Shown: positions 48,816 through 59,220, numbered from the stretch's first letter. The stretch: DNA of 64,000 nucleotides from Dehalococcoidia bacterium (GCA_030740155.1 JASLXV010000023.1:29611-93610), one strand, 5' to 3'. Translations and numbers: made by a program. The notes: generated by a model not told the origin, from the sequence alone.

Positions 48816-50405
48816 CTATTTCCCCCCTTGCGCCTGGTATTTGTCGCCCAAGGCAGTCTCCCAGCGGAGGTAGTGCATCATCTCCGCGGGGTTGCGGTCC
48901 ACGCCGAGAATCACCACGTCCGTCGGCGAGGTCATCACGCCGGCCAATCCGTTTTCCACCGGTAGGCCCTCCCGCCGCCAGGCTTGCATCCCTCCCTCCA
49001 GCACCGAAACGTCCCGGTAGCCCAGCTCTTTCAGGGTGGCGCCGGCTAGGGTTGAGGCCCGGCCGTCGCTGCAGATGACGCCGATGGCGGCCTCCTTGGT
49101 TGGGGCGACATCACCAACTTGTAACTCGAGGGAGCCCCGTGGCACCCAACGGGCGCCGGCCACGTGCCCCTGGGCGAAGTCCTGGCTGGTATCGACGAAA
49201 ATGACCACCGGCGGCGGGTTCTGGTAAAACTCCCGGGGGGACAGGAAACCCATACTGGAACGGGCTTCGGCCAGCCCGTGGGGAGCCTCTCCCGGCATCC
49301 CGTTCTCCAGGGCCAGGCCGGCGGCGGTCCAGGCGGCGGTGCCGCCGTCCACCGCGTAGGCCTCCTGAATTTCCAACTGCCGGTACCAGGAGGCGGCGTA
49401 GGTGGCCCGGGCCTTGCCGTCGCAGGCAAACACCACGGTGCTGTTATGTACCACCGCCAGTTCGTCGGACCTCTGCAATGCCTGGCCTCCGGGGAACCAT
49501 TGGAAGCCAGGGATGTGCCCCGCCTCGTACTCTTCTCTGGTCCGAACGTCGATCAGGTAGACGGTCTCCCGGTCCCGCCTGCCCAGCGTAGCCTGGAGCG
49601 CCGGAATGTCGAGATAACGCACGCCATCTTCGGCGGCCAGCCGGGCCGCGTAGGTCTCGGCGGCGGCCAGACCCTCGGGTGAGGCCTCCGGCAGCCGGAC
49701 CCGGTCGGCGCCCCGCTCCACTTCATAACCGGCCAGCACCCAGCCTGAGGTGCCGTTCTTCAAGCCCTGGATGTTGGAGAGCCCCATCCGCTGTAGCACC
49801 CTGGTGCCGACGATGCTGCGGGTGCGGCCGGCGCAGTTAACGATCACCGTCGTGTCGGGGTCCAGGTCCTTGACGATGTCGGTGATTCGCAAGGCCAGCT
49901 CCCCGCCGGGCACGCTACGGCCGCCGGGAATGCAGAAGCGCTGGTACTCCTCGGGGGTCCTGGTGTCCAGGATGACCAGCTTGTCGCCCCGTTCGATGCG
50001 CTGATGAAGGTCCGTGGCCTCGATCTCGGGCACCTGATGCACCACCTCCAACATTTCGCCCAGGTCTTTGCTGGGCACGTTGGTGCCCCACTGGGTGGGG
50101 TAGCCCTGGGTAGTCCACCGGTTGATGCCGCCTTCCAGAATGGAGACCCGCGTGTACCCCATCCGCTCCAGGGTGGCGCCGGCCAACCCGGCCCGGCGTC
50201 CGTCGTCGTCGCAGAGAACCAGGGAAGCTCCCTGGAACGGGACGGCCGCCGGCATCCGGACCTCCAGTTGCCGCCGGGGTATCAGGCTGGAGCCCGGAAT
50301 GTGAGAGCTGTTGTACTCGCCTGCCTCCCGGACGTCGATCAAGGCGAACTGGGAGTCGCCGTCGAGCAGGCTTCTGAGGGCTGCCGGGGAAGTCATTTCG
50401 GTCAT
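48816..50405 (-). CDS. multi-domain rhodanese-like sulfurtransferase
   Basis: Four rhodanese repeats (IDVRE, LDTRT...NCAGRTRS, IDVRT, LEGGMQAW); GAGGAGG SD. Confidence 0.9.
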   Translation of the reverse strand: MTEMTSPAALRSLLDGDSQFALIDVREAGEYNSSHIPGSSLIPRRQLEVRMPAAVPFQGASLVLCDDDGRRAGLAGATLERMGYTRVSILEGGINRWTTQGYPTQWGTNVPSKDLGEMLEVVHQVPEIEATDLHQRIERGDKLVILDTRTPEEYQRFCIPGGRSVPGGELALRITDIVKDLDPDTTVIVNCAGRTRSIVGTRVLQRMGLSNIQGLKNGTSGWVLAGYEVERGADRVRLPEASPEGLAAAETYAARLAAEDGVRYLDIPALQATLGRRDRETVYLIDVRTREEYEAGHIPGFQWFPGGQALQRSDELAVVHNSTVVFACDGKARATYAASWYRQLEIQEAYAVDGGTAAWTAAGLALENGMPGEAPHGLAEARSSMGFLSPREFYQNPPPVVIFVDTSQDFAQGHVAGARWVPRGSLELQVGDVAPTKEAAIGVICSDGRASTLAGATLKELGYRDVSVLEGGMQAWRREGLPVENGLAGVMTSPTDVVILGVDRNPAEMMHYLRWETALGDKYQAQGGK

Positions 50406-50635
50406 GTCCGGTACCTCCTCGGTTGTATTCTCGATTGTATTCCAGGATGCCTTGCGACCGGCGAGCGCCGCCCGCCTTTGGATCAGGCCGAGGCAATTAT
50501 GGATAGCACCATTTCCGGTGTCAAGGGAGGCCGCTCGACGCACGACGCCCCGCCGATGGAGGCTCCCGGGGGCCGGTAAGGGGGCCGGGGCGGGGTCTGG
50601 GTTCCCTTCTCCGGCGGGCGGATGATAGAATAGAC

Positions 50636-51076
50636 TTGGTGCTATCGCGGCTACAACAGTACCTCCACCGGGCAACCGGAGTGCTTCGGGCAGGTCGTTC
50701 CCTGTTCGAAGCGGAGGCCAACCGAGGCCGGCGGAAGCCACGAGTCAAGCGGCCTGCCCCGAGGGCGGTGTCTTCCCCGGCGCCATATTCGCGGAACCAG
50801 GAGACCCCCGGTTTGGATGACGAGGCTTTCGTTCGACGGATCAGCGAGAAGATTGAACGGCTGTCGGGACGCCAGGTCGAGCTGCGGATCGACGAGCAGG
50901 AAGCCAGTCAATTGCAGTTGGAGCTGAAGCGGGAGATCCCGCTGGTGGTGCTGGGCACCAACGTGATCCGCTACGCCGGTTTCGCCCGAATGTGCATTGA
51001 ATACGCCGCGGCATCCATCCAGGAGGAGCGGCCCATCGATATGCTGGAGTTCCACCTGCTGCTGGCGCGTAACTAG
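50636..51076 (+). CDS. hypothetical protein
   Basis: Coding-like C-terminal half (GFARMCIEYA...LLARN); start uncertain. Confidence 0.6.
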   Translation: MVLSRLQQYLHRATGVLRAGRSLFEAEANRGRRKPRVKRPAPRAVSSPAPYSRNQETPGLDDEAFVRRISEKIERLSGRQVELRIDEQEASQLQLELKREIPLVVLGTNVIRYAGFARMCIEYAAASIQEERPIDMLEFHLLLARN

Positions 51077-51094
51077 CGCCTCGCCACCGGGCTA

Positions 51095-51559
51095 ATGACA
51101 CAAGGGCCGCCATCATCCCCTGAAATGCGCCGTCCCTGGTTCTACCAGAACTGGTTCCTTATCGGCGCGTTCATTCTGGGCTGGCCGATTGCTCCCCAGT
51201 TCGTCCTTTGGCCCGTGGGGGCTATCCTGGTGATCCGTTCCCCCTGGCATCAGGGTATGCCCATCAGAGTCCTTGCTTGGACGATGTTGCTCACCGGGGG
51301 GGGAATGTTGGGATGGCGGCTCCAGAACGCGCCCAGCCCGGTCACGGTTGCCGTCATGGTGATACCCGGCTTGTTCCTGACCGTGGTGACTCAGGCATTG
51401 TGGGTCCGTTACCGGGCGGACCTCCTGGCGGAGGGTAGACGGTCAACTACAACGGCGGCCTCGGAAGAGGTTCCGCTAGCTGCATCCAGCCGGGCCCGGT
51501 CCCGCCGCCGGGTACGTCGCAGGCGCGGCGCCGGACGCACCCCGCGCCGGCCTTCATGA
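51095..51559 (+). CDS. hypothetical membrane protein with Arg-rich tail
   Basis: PWFYQNWFL followed by hydrophobic helices. Confidence 0.7.
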   Translation: MTQGPPSSPEMRRPWFYQNWFLIGAFILGWPIAPQFVLWPVGAILVIRSPWHQGMPIRVLAWTMLLTGGGMLGWRLQNAPSPVTVAVMVIPGLFLTVVTQALWVRYRADLLAEGRRSTTTAASEEVPLAASSRARSRRRVRRRRGAGRTPRRPS

Positions 51560-51994
51560 TGCCGCCGGCCCTTTTCTTGTCTTCCTTCAACAAAGGCGCC
51601 AAAGGTGCTGGTTCACACCGGTGACGGTGAGAATTTCAGGCAGGGCCCCCGGTAGGTGTCAAGGAGAACCCGCCCGAGGCGGGAAGAGGACCTGGGTCTG
51701 CTTGGGACCCCACTTCCTTCCAGACTCTTTGCGGAGCTTGCGCCGAGTCTGGTCGAGGGGTGCAGCAAACGAGTGACAATCGGGGTCGAACCGGCCCCGG
51801 CAACCGATCTCTTATCTGGTATCCGGCCCGGTCCAGGCTGAATGCCAGATTTTTTCTTACAGGCTTGTCAGCGGATTGGCGATCGGTTTAAAGGCGGGCT
51901 TTGTTGGACGACCAGTCCATTGTGAAAAACGCGGCGCCCGGCAGGCCGGTGGTTTCATCAGAATATACCGGAGAATATATGGGGGTAAAGATAG

Positions 51995-52705
51995 ATGGCT
52001 CAACAGGAAGAACCGTTTCGGCGCGGGATGGTCGTGGTGGCCCACGCCGATGATGCCGAGTGGGGTTGTTCAGGTACGGTGGCCAAATGGTGTGCCGAAG
52101 GGTGGGAAGTCGTCCACGTCTTGTGCACCGATGGCAGCAAGGGGAGTGACGACCCAGGGATGACCAGTGGCAGGCTGGTCGAAATTCGCCAGGAGGAACA
52201 GCGGAACGCTGGAAAGGTGCTGGGTCTGCACGACGTGGTGTTCCTGGGGTACGAGGATTCGATGCTTGAACCCACCCTCGATCTGCGCCGCGATATCGTA
52301 CGGGCGATCCGCCGCCACAAGCCCGACGTGCTGATTTGCATGAGTCCATTGCGGCGCCTGAGCGGCGACGATTACCTGGGCCATCCGGACCACTACGCCT
52401 CCGGAGAGGCGGCCCTGTCCGCCGTTTTTCCTTCGGCCCGGGACCGGCTGACCTTCCCGGAGTTGCTCGAAGAAGGGCTGGAGCCCCACAAGGTCCGGGA
52501 GGTGTGGGTTATGGGCCACCCGGACCCGAACAACTACGTCGACGTGGCCGGCTACATGGACATCGCGATCAAGTCGCTGCAACAGCACCAGAGCCAGGTC
52601 CCCGGCGAGAATGCGGAGAACCACATGAGGAGCTGGCGAAGCCGGACCGGCGAGAAGGTGGGTTTCCAGTACGCCGAGGCATTCAAGCGCTTCCGGCTGG
52701 GCTGA
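51995..52705 (+). CDS. PIG-L family deacetylase (MshB/BshB-like)
   Basis: AHADDAE, TDGSKG, GHPDH, HQSQ. Confidence 0.92.
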   Translation: MAQQEEPFRRGMVVVAHADDAEWGCSGTVAKWCAEGWEVVHVLCTDGSKGSDDPGMTSGRLVEIRQEEQRNAGKVLGLHDVVFLGYEDSMLEPTLDLRRDIVRAIRRHKPDVLICMSPLRRLSGDDYLGHPDHYASGEAALSAVFPSARDRLTFPELLEEGLEPHKVREVWVMGHPDPNNYVDVAGYMDIAIKSLQQHQSQVPGENAENHMRSWRSRTGEKVGFQYAEAFKRFRLG

Positions 52706-52866
52706 CCTCAGGTCTGGACTCATTGGAATTGGCTCAAACCGGTCACGAAATATTGCCACAGAGACACAGAGAACACAGAGACGTTAAATCAAGAAAGACT
52801 CTGTGACCTCTGTGCCTCCGTGGCTAACCCCGGGTCTACCAGCTGCAACCAGCCACGCAGCCGGAC

Positions 52867-53649
52867 CTAGGCCGGTTTCTTGGCCACCACCTTGACGCTG
52901 GACACGTTCAGGGGGGAACCGTCTCCCTTATCGAACCGGACCTGCTCGTCGGTGATCTCGATGTCGACGAACCCGGCGCCGCGCAACCGCCCCAGGTAGA
53001 CTTCCCGGTCCTCGGCGCCGGCGATGCATGAGGCCCAGGCTTCCGGATCGGTGCGGCTGGGTCCATCGCTGCTGAGGGCCATGACATCCGACAGGTGCAG
53101 CCGGCCGCCGGGGGACAGCACGCGGAAGGACTCGCCGAAAACCGCGTCCTTGTCGGGGGAAAGGCAGACCACGCAGTTGGAGATGATCACGTCGACGCTG
53201 CCGTCGGGCAGGGGCATGTCCTCCATCTCGCCTTTGACGAACTCCACGTTGGTCAACCCCAGGTTGGACTGGTTATGGCGGGCCAGATTCAGCATGTCAT
53301 CGGTCATGTCCAGACCGGTAACATGACCTTCCTCGCCAACCTGCTGGGCCGCCAGGAAACAGTCGATGCCCCCGCCGGAGCCCAGGTCGAGCACTCTCTC
53401 TCCTTTCCGCAGATCGGCCAGGGCGGTGGGGTTTCCGCAGCCCGCCGACGCCGCCACTGACTCGGTGGGCAGGCCGGCCAGTTGCCCTTCACTGTAGAGA
53501 CGCAGCGCCCGGTCCATGTCGGCGGGGCTGCAGCATCCGTCGCCGCAATTGTCGGCTTGGGGCGCCTCGGTAAGCTCAATCACGCCTCTGGCTCTGGCCC
53601 CGTACTTTTCCCTCACCAGTTTCTTGATTTCCTGTGAATCAGTCGCCAT
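52867..53649 (-). CDS. arsM: arsenite S-adenosylmethyltransferase
   Basis: N-terminal [31 protein letters not shown]. Confidence 0.88.
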   Translation of the reverse strand: MATDSQEIKKLVREKYGARARGVIELTEAPQADNCGDGCCSPADMDRALRLYSEGQLAGLPTESVAASAGCGNPTALADLRKGERVLDLGSGGGIDCFLAAQQVGEEGHVTGLDMTDDMLNLARHNQSNLGLTNVEFVKGEMEDMPLPDGSVDVIISNCVVCLSPDKDAVFGESFRVLSPGGRLHLSDVMALSSDGPSRTDPEAWASCIAGAEDREVYLGRLRGAGFVDIEITDEQVRFDKGDGSPLNVSSVKVVAKKPA

Positions 53650-53669
53650 GTGGCTATACCTCCTGCGGG

Positions 53670-54041
53670 CTATTTTACGGTTGCGGCGGCCGCCGGCTCG
53701 GCCAGGGCCTGGTTCACCGTTTCTTCTACTTTCGGCAGCATCTTCTCCCAGACGCGGGCGGCGGCGCGGAATGCGGCAAAGCCGGAGGGAGTCAACCAGC
53801 AGAGCCGGCGCCGGCGTCCCCGATGCTCCTCCTCCCGGCACTCCACGTAGCCCCCTTCCAGAAGCTCTTTCACCGTGGAGTAAACCATCGCCTCGGTGGG
53901 CTCGCAACACCCCTGGCAGGCCTCGCGGATGGCCAGGTTGATGCCATATCCGTGGACCGGCCCTTTGGCCAGTTGGGCCAGTAACAGGAACCGGCAGAGG
54001 CTGCGTTTGACCAGGTTTTCCCAATATGCTTCTTGCTGCAT
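53670..54041 (-). CDS. PadR family transcriptional regulator, Cys-rich
   Basis: GPVHGYGI, MVYSTVKELLEGGYV, RRLCWLTPSG; ACQGCC. Confidence 0.88.
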   Translation of the reverse strand: MQQEAYWENLVKRSLCRFLLLAQLAKGPVHGYGINLAIREACQGCCEPTEAMVYSTVKELLEGGYVECREEEHRGRRRRLCWLTPSGFAAFRAAARVWEKMLPKVEETVNQALAEPAAAATVK

Positions 54042-54137
54042 AATGCTTGATCTCTCCGGGCTGTCGAAAAACCCGGCTCCCTGGGGCTCGGAGCAGAGGT
54101 TCGCTCTGAACGGCTACCCGGGAGCAGCCCGGCATTC

Positions 54138-54185
54138 ATACTTAACTGCGTTGAGTATTGTAGACATCGCGGCAAACCTTGTCAA
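54138..54185 (-). promoter_or_regulatory. padR-arsM promoter with overlapping palindromic operator
   Basis: TTGACA-17-TACAAT; ATACTTAAC-TGC-GTTGAGTAT at 54138-54158. Confidence 0.75.
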
Positions 54186-54253
54186 CCCCTCGAATCTCGT
54201 CCTCGCTTCCCGCCGGCCGTTCCGTCTCGAACGCGGCGGCCCGGCAAGAATTC

Positions 54254-54282
54254 TTGACAACCTTTCAGGCCCACAATACAAT
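54254..54282 (+). promoter_or_regulatory. divergent sigma70 promoter
   Basis: TTGACA-17-TACAAT. Confidence 0.7.
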
Positions 54283-54398
54283 CTGCCTAATGGCCCGGAA
54301 GCCAACCGAAGGTGATTTCGCCCACGGGTGGCCTGCCCCATTCCCGTACAGTTTCCGCGTCGTAACCGGCCCGTGTCGTAACCGGAAAGGAGGAACCC

Positions 54399-55589
54399 AT
54401 GGCTAGCTACCCAACGGTAAGATACAAGGAAGAAGGCATGCGTGAGGGCATGCAGATCGAGGACTCTGAGATATCGGTAGAAGATAAGGTCGAGCTGCTC
54501 GACGCCCTCTCTGAGACCGGATTGAATCACATCGTCGTCGGCTCGTTCGTCAGCCCCAAATGGACGCCCCAGATGGCCCGGATCGATGAGATCGTAACCA
54601 AGTTCAAAGTCGTTCCCGGTGTCACGTACACGGCCCTGGCTTTGAACCCCCGGGGCGTGGAGCGGGCCAAGGCCTACTCGCCGCCGCTGACCATCGAGCG
54701 TGACGCTTACCCACGGCTCAACTGCCACTTCTGCGACGTATTTACCCGGCGCAACACGAACCGCTCCCAGGCACAAGAGATGGAGCGGTGGCCTCAGGTC
54801 GTGGCCCAGGCCATGGAGGCGAATGTTAAGGAAGCCGGCATCGGCTGCAACGCCACCTGGGGCTCCAACTTCCTGGGGCCGTTCCCGGTGGACGCCGTGA
54901 TGACCTTCTTCGAAGCCCAGCACAATTTGTGGGACGAGGCGGGCATTAAGGTGAAGAGCGTTGCTATGGGCGACCCCATGAGCCATTGCACCCCGGCCAA
55001 GGTTGAGGAGAGCGTGTACCGGGTGAAGGAGCGCTGGCCGGATATCACCCACTTCCGCCTGCACCTCCACAACGGACGCAACATGGCTATCGCCTCGGCC
55101 TACGCCGCCATTCGCGTCCTGGGTCCGGAGGATACCCTGGACCTGGACGGCACCATTGCCGGCTACGGTGGTTGCCCCTACTGCGGCAACGGCCGGGCCA
55201 CCGGCATGGCCCCCACCGAGGACATAGTTCACATGTTCGAGGACATGGGAATCGACACGGGAGCGGACGTCGAAAAGCTCATCGACTGCGCCTGGATGTG
55301 CGAGCGCATCGTGGGCCGGGAGCTTTACGGACACGTCTCCAAGGCCGGCCCCCGCCCCAAAACGGTGGACAAGCTCTACGATATCAACATGCCCTTCGTG
55401 GAGACGTTGGACCAAGCCAAACACTTCAAGAAGGGTCCAAGCACTTACGAAGGCGGCATTTACCCTTACAGTCAGCCAGTCACTAGCCCCTACCGGGACC
55501 GGTTGGAGCGCGGGCTGCCCGCTTACGACCCAGCAGGTGGCGATTTCCCCTGGAAAGAGGACTGGTTCGCCGGCAAAAATAGCTCGTAG
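54399..55589 (+). CDS. HMG-CoA lyase-like DRE-TIM metallolyase
   Basis: EEGMREGMQ, GSFVSPKW, LHLHN, GYGGCPY, PTED. Confidence 0.85.
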   Translation: MASYPTVRYKEEGMREGMQIEDSEISVEDKVELLDALSETGLNHIVVGSFVSPKWTPQMARIDEIVTKFKVVPGVTYTALALNPRGVERAKAYSPPLTIERDAYPRLNCHFCDVFTRRNTNRSQAQEMERWPQVVAQAMEANVKEAGIGCNATWGSNFLGPFPVDAVMTFFEAQHNLWDEAGIKVKSVAMGDPMSHCTPAKVEESVYRVKERWPDITHFRLHLHNGRNMAIASAYAAIRVLGPEDTLDLDGTIAGYGGCPYCGNGRATGMAPTEDIVHMFEDMGIDTGADVEKLIDCAWMCERIVGRELYGHVSKAGPRPKTVDKLYDINMPFVETLDQAKHFKKGPSTYEGGIYPYSQPVTSPYRDRLERGLPAYDPAGGDFPWKEDWFAGKNSS

Positions 55590-55620
55590 ACGGCTGACAC
55601 CAACCGCTGGCCGATCTAAA

Positions 55621-55670
55621 GCCGGGGCTGCCCTTGAGAATCGGGCGGCCCCGGCCATTTTCTTGTTTTC
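55621..55670 (+). terminator. intrinsic terminator
   Basis: gccggggctgccc / gggcggccccggc stem followed by a T-rich tract. Confidence 0.6.
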
Positions 55671-55781
55671 TGTTGTACGGAGGGGGAGTTTCGGCACGTT
55701 CCGCCCGGTAGCCCGTCGCGGCCAGGGGTGCTAAGATGGTCGCCAGAATCAGATGTCGAACAGAATAGGGGAGGCCCATCC

Positions 55782-56369
55782 ATGACGACGACGAATCCCA
55801 CTGATCCCAACCAGGTGCGGGTCACCGGCGAGAACTCCTTCATCCGGCTGTCCCAGGAGGATGGAGGCCCCCTGACCACCCGGGTCAGCCACTGGCGGGT
55901 GCTTCTCTCGCCGGGCGGTCCGGGCCACGTGCTCTTCGCCAAAAGCGAGGCCATCGATGACGAGGTCCGGATCTATTCGGATAACATCGCCATGGCCCGC
56001 TGGCTCCAGGAGGAGATCGAGAGCATGCTGTTCCCCGAGTTCGCCGATCAGAGCCTACCGGTGATCGACGCTTTATTCGAGAAACGCGGCGATGGCATCT
56101 CCTTTTGGACCGAGATCGTTGAGAGTGAGGAGGACTCGATCATCCTGACCTGGCACGACTTCGTCGAGCCCTTTATGGTCGCGGCCACCGTCGGCGTCAT
56201 TCCGGGGCGGACCCATGGGGTCTACAGCTGCTTCCTGCCAGCCCGGCGGGCCCAGATCACCATCAACGGTCTGGTGCCCGGAGGCTCCGTGTTCCCGTCG
56301 ATGCGGGGCGACCGGGTCAGCAGCACCGCCTGCGTGGCCTGGTCCGAGACCTGGGTCCGGCCTTATTAA
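55782..56369 (+). CDS. hypothetical protein
   Basis: GGAGG SD; strong GC3 bias; no family recognised. Confidence 0.75.
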   Translation: MTTTNPTDPNQVRVTGENSFIRLSQEDGGPLTTRVSHWRVLLSPGGPGHVLFAKSEAIDDEVRIYSDNIAMARWLQEEIESMLFPEFADQSLPVIDALFEKRGDGISFWTEIVESEEDSIILTWHDFVEPFMVAATVGVIPGRTHGVYSCFLPARRAQITINGLVPGGSVFPSMRGDRVSSTACVAWSETWVRPY

Positions 56370-56531
56370 CCGGTCCAGCAATTTCAGATGAAACCACCGC
56401 ACCAAGGGTAATCCCCGCTAGTATCCCCCTTTGTAAAGAGAGACTGAGGGGGATTTCACCCATCAATCAACTATAGGTTTCCGTGCCAGGGTCCGTTACC
56501 GGCTGGCCATCCGGGAAAAGGGAGGTAAACC

Positions 56532-57194
56532 ATGACAGGGTTGGACATGTCCGACAGCGCTCCCGCGACCGCCTTGCTCCCCGAGTTAGAGTCCGAGCTG
56601 TACCGCATGATCTCCGCCGAAGTGGAGGGGCTGAGCGACGAGCAGCTCGACTTCGAATCGGACCGGTGGGAATGGAGCAAGTGGAGCATCCGGCGCAACT
56701 TGAGTCACGTGGCATCGGGGGACTACCGGTGGCTGCTCCTCCGGTGGGGGCCCCAGCTATTCCCCGAGGGCCTGCCCGACATCGCGGACCTGGACAACAT
56801 CATGAACTCTCCCTACGACCGGCGTCTGGACGAGAACGTGTATTGGGAGGTGTCGTCCATACTGGCGGTGCTCCGCCGGGGCTTGGAGCTTTGCCACTCC
56901 GTGCTGGCCGGAGAGACGGTGGGCACCTCGCGAAGCAAGGAACTCAAGTTCGACGATTCCGGGAATTGGGCCGTCTTCGCCCAGGCCCATCCCCGGGGCA
57001 TCCGCTGGGACCCCGATGATCCCTCTCAAGTTTACATAACCCTGGAGGCAACCCTCCGCCACCGGATTTTCGAGCACACCACCCACCTTTACAACATTCA
57101 GCGCCTGAAACGCGCTCAGGGGCTGGAGGCTCGGGTCGAAATTCCCTTTGAAGGATATTTCGCCCTCCCCACCTGGGACCGGAGCGAGCCATAA
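56532..57194 (+). CDS. DinB family protein
   Basis: WSIRRNLSH ... EHTTHLYNIQR. Confidence 0.75.
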   Translation: MTGLDMSDSAPATALLPELESELYRMISAEVEGLSDEQLDFESDRWEWSKWSIRRNLSHVASGDYRWLLLRWGPQLFPEGLPDIADLDNIMNSPYDRRLDENVYWEVSSILAVLRRGLELCHSVLAGETVGTSRSKELKFDDSGNWAVFAQAHPRGIRWDPDDPSQVYITLEATLRHRIFEHTTHLYNIQRLKRAQGLEARVEIPFEGYFALPTWDRSEP

Positions 57195-57285
57195 GCCATC
57201 GATGGGCGTGCCGGCTTCAAGATATTCTGGGACCCCGGCAAGAGAAGCCGGCCGGCGCGCGCAATAAACAGCATATGGAGGACCA

Positions 57286-58320
57286 ATGACCAGTCCCTAC
57301 TCCGGCCGGGACCACGTGAGGGCGGCGTACAAGAGGGAGTTCACCGACCGGGTGCCCAGCTACCCCATCCTGGGGGCCTACAACGCCAGGGAGTTCGGCT
57401 ACACCATCCGGGAATACCTGACCGATGCCACCAAGCTGGCCCAGTCTCAGATTGGGTCTTTCGATATTTACCGGCCCGACGTGGTGGTGGTGATGGCGGA
57501 CCTCAACATGGAAGCAGAGGCAGCCGGGAACGAGTTGATCTTCCCCGAGGACGCCATTTGTCAGATAAAGCAGCACGTGCTGCGGGACAAGGGCGCGCTG
57601 GGCCGGCTTAGCGTTCCGGACCCTGGCAAGGACGGCCGGTTACCCTACTACCTGGAGGCCTGCGAAAAGGTGAGCCAGGCCATCGAGGAGTCCCCGGTGG
57701 GGAGTGTCATCGTGGGCCCCTGGGCCATCGCCGTGACCATGCGGGGCGCGGAGCAACTGATCATGGACACCGTGGATGACCCGCCATTCGTGCACGAGCT
57801 GATGCGTTTCACCACCGAACTGGCCACCAAATTCGGAGACGCGATCTCGGCGCTCCGGGTGGGGCTGAGCTATTCGGAGGCCCCCGCATCGTGCAGCCTC
57901 ATCTCGCCTCCGATATACCGGGATTTCATCAAGCCCTACCACACTCAACTCGTGGACCACTTCAAGGAGCGCCGGACAGGCATCGCGATGCACGTGTGCG
58001 GCTATATCGACCCCATTATGAAAGACATTGTGGAGACGGGCTGCTCGGCGATCAGCATGGACACCCCTTCATCTCTGGAAAAGATGGTGCGGGAAGCCGA
58101 GGGCAAGTCGGTCATCATCGGCAACGTCGCGACCGATATCTTCCAGGCGGGCATGGAGCAGGAGATGGAGGCCGAAATCAGGCGCTGCGTGGACGCCGCC
58201 GCCTCCGGCAGCGGCTTCATCCTGGCCACGGGGTGCGAGGTCCCACCTGACGCCAGCAAAGAGCTGGTGCAGCGCTTCTGCGACTTCGCCCGCGCCTACG
58301 GTCGTTACGACAAGAGCTGA
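57286..58320 (+). CDS. uroporphyrinogen decarboxylase-fold protein (MtaA/CmuA-like methyltransferase)
   Basis: DRVP, EAEAAG, DGRLP, LISP, MHVCG, ATGCEV zinc ligands. Confidence 0.85.
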   Translation: MTSPYSGRDHVRAAYKREFTDRVPSYPILGAYNAREFGYTIREYLTDATKLAQSQIGSFDIYRPDVVVVMADLNMEAEAAGNELIFPEDAICQIKQHVLRDKGALGRLSVPDPGKDGRLPYYLEACEKVSQAIEESPVGSVIVGPWAIAVTMRGAEQLIMDTVDDPPFVHELMRFTTELATKFGDAISALRVGLSYSEAPASCSLISPPIYRDFIKPYHTQLVDHFKERRTGIAMHVCGYIDPIMKDIVETGCSAISMDTPSSLEKMVREAEGKSVIIGNVATDIFQAGMEQEMEAEIRRCVDAAASGSGFILATGCEVPPDASKELVQRFCDFARAYGRYDKS

Positions 58321-58342
58321 TGGTGCATCAAGGAGCGGACCC

Positions 58343-59134
58343 ATGCCCGAAGAACCGGTCCTGCCGGTCCTACCGGCTCTTTTAGATGTGATCGACGGCA
58401 TCGCCATCCTGACGATCAACAACGCCAGGAAACGTAACGCGCTCTCCCTGGCGGTGCTGGCGGCCCTGAAAACCCATCTGGAAGACATTCGAGAGGACCC
58501 GGGCGTCCGGGTGGTCGTCGTGCGGTCCCATGGTCCGGCTTTCAGCTCGGGGTATGACCTGAGCGAGATGGCGGGCCGCGACGAGGAAGGCTACAGGAGC
58601 CTCTTTGCCGCCTACGCCGAGGTCATGGAGGCCATCCGGCTGTTGCCCAAGCCGGTCATCGCCCAGGTCCAGGGCCTGGCCACCGCCGCCGGCTGCGAGC
58701 TGGTCGCCCGCTGCGACCTGGCCGTCGCGTCCGACACCGCCTCCTTCGCCACTCCGGGAGTCCTGATGGGCATGTTTTGTACCACCCCCGCCGTTGCCGT
58801 CTCCCGTGTCGTGCCGGTCAAAAAGGCCATGGAGATGCTGCTGACCGGCACTCCCATTCCGGCCCGGGAGGCCCTGGAGGCCGGTCTGATCAACCGGGTG
58901 GTGCCGCCGGAGGAACTGGAGGAGCGGGTGATGGCCCTTGCCCGCCAGATCAGCGGCGGGAGCCTCAAGGCCGTGGCCACCGGCAAGCCGGCCTTCTACC
59001 GGCAGCTGGAGATGGACCCTCCGGCGGCCTACAAGTTGGCCGAGAGAGTAATGATGGACGACCTGCTGGCTGGGGAAGCCCAGGAGGGGATTGCCGCCCG
59101 CCTCGAGAAGCGGGAGCCCCGGTGGTCCGGCTGA
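58343..59134 (+). CDS. enoyl-CoA hydratase/isomerase family protein (ECHDC3-like)
   Basis: KRNALS, FSSGYDL, ATAAGCELVA, FCTTP. Confidence 0.88.
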   Translation: MPEEPVLPVLPALLDVIDGIAILTINNARKRNALSLAVLAALKTHLEDIREDPGVRVVVVRSHGPAFSSGYDLSEMAGRDEEGYRSLFAAYAEVMEAIRLLPKPVIAQVQGLATAAGCELVARCDLAVASDTASFATPGVLMGMFCTTPAVAVSRVVPVKKAMEMLLTGTPIPAREALEAGLINRVVPPEELEERVMALARQISGGSLKAVATGKPAFYRQLEMDPPAAYKLAERVMMDDLLAGEAQEGIAARLEKREPRWSG

Positions 59135-59220
59135 CCGCTTCATTTATAGCGACTATCCCCTAAAGCGATGATCCCCGGAGCGACGCGGCTATATGCCATG
59201 GCCGGGTGAAACTGACTAAT

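Noticed and set aside
51700..51815. SRP RNA (TCTGGAAGGAAG), SAM-I riboswitch (GGCAACC, CTCTTATC) or tRNA-Sec (GTTCGAC) resemblance
   Set aside because: Flanking conserved elements are missing or in the wrong order, and no cloverleaf forms.
54114..55697. 527-aa minus-strand ORF and similar long ORFs (3086-4453, 11412-12773, 17969-19291, 46252-47487, 32498-33721)
   Set aside because: Antisense or alternate-frame shadows of well-supported genes in high-GC DNA, with no motifs.
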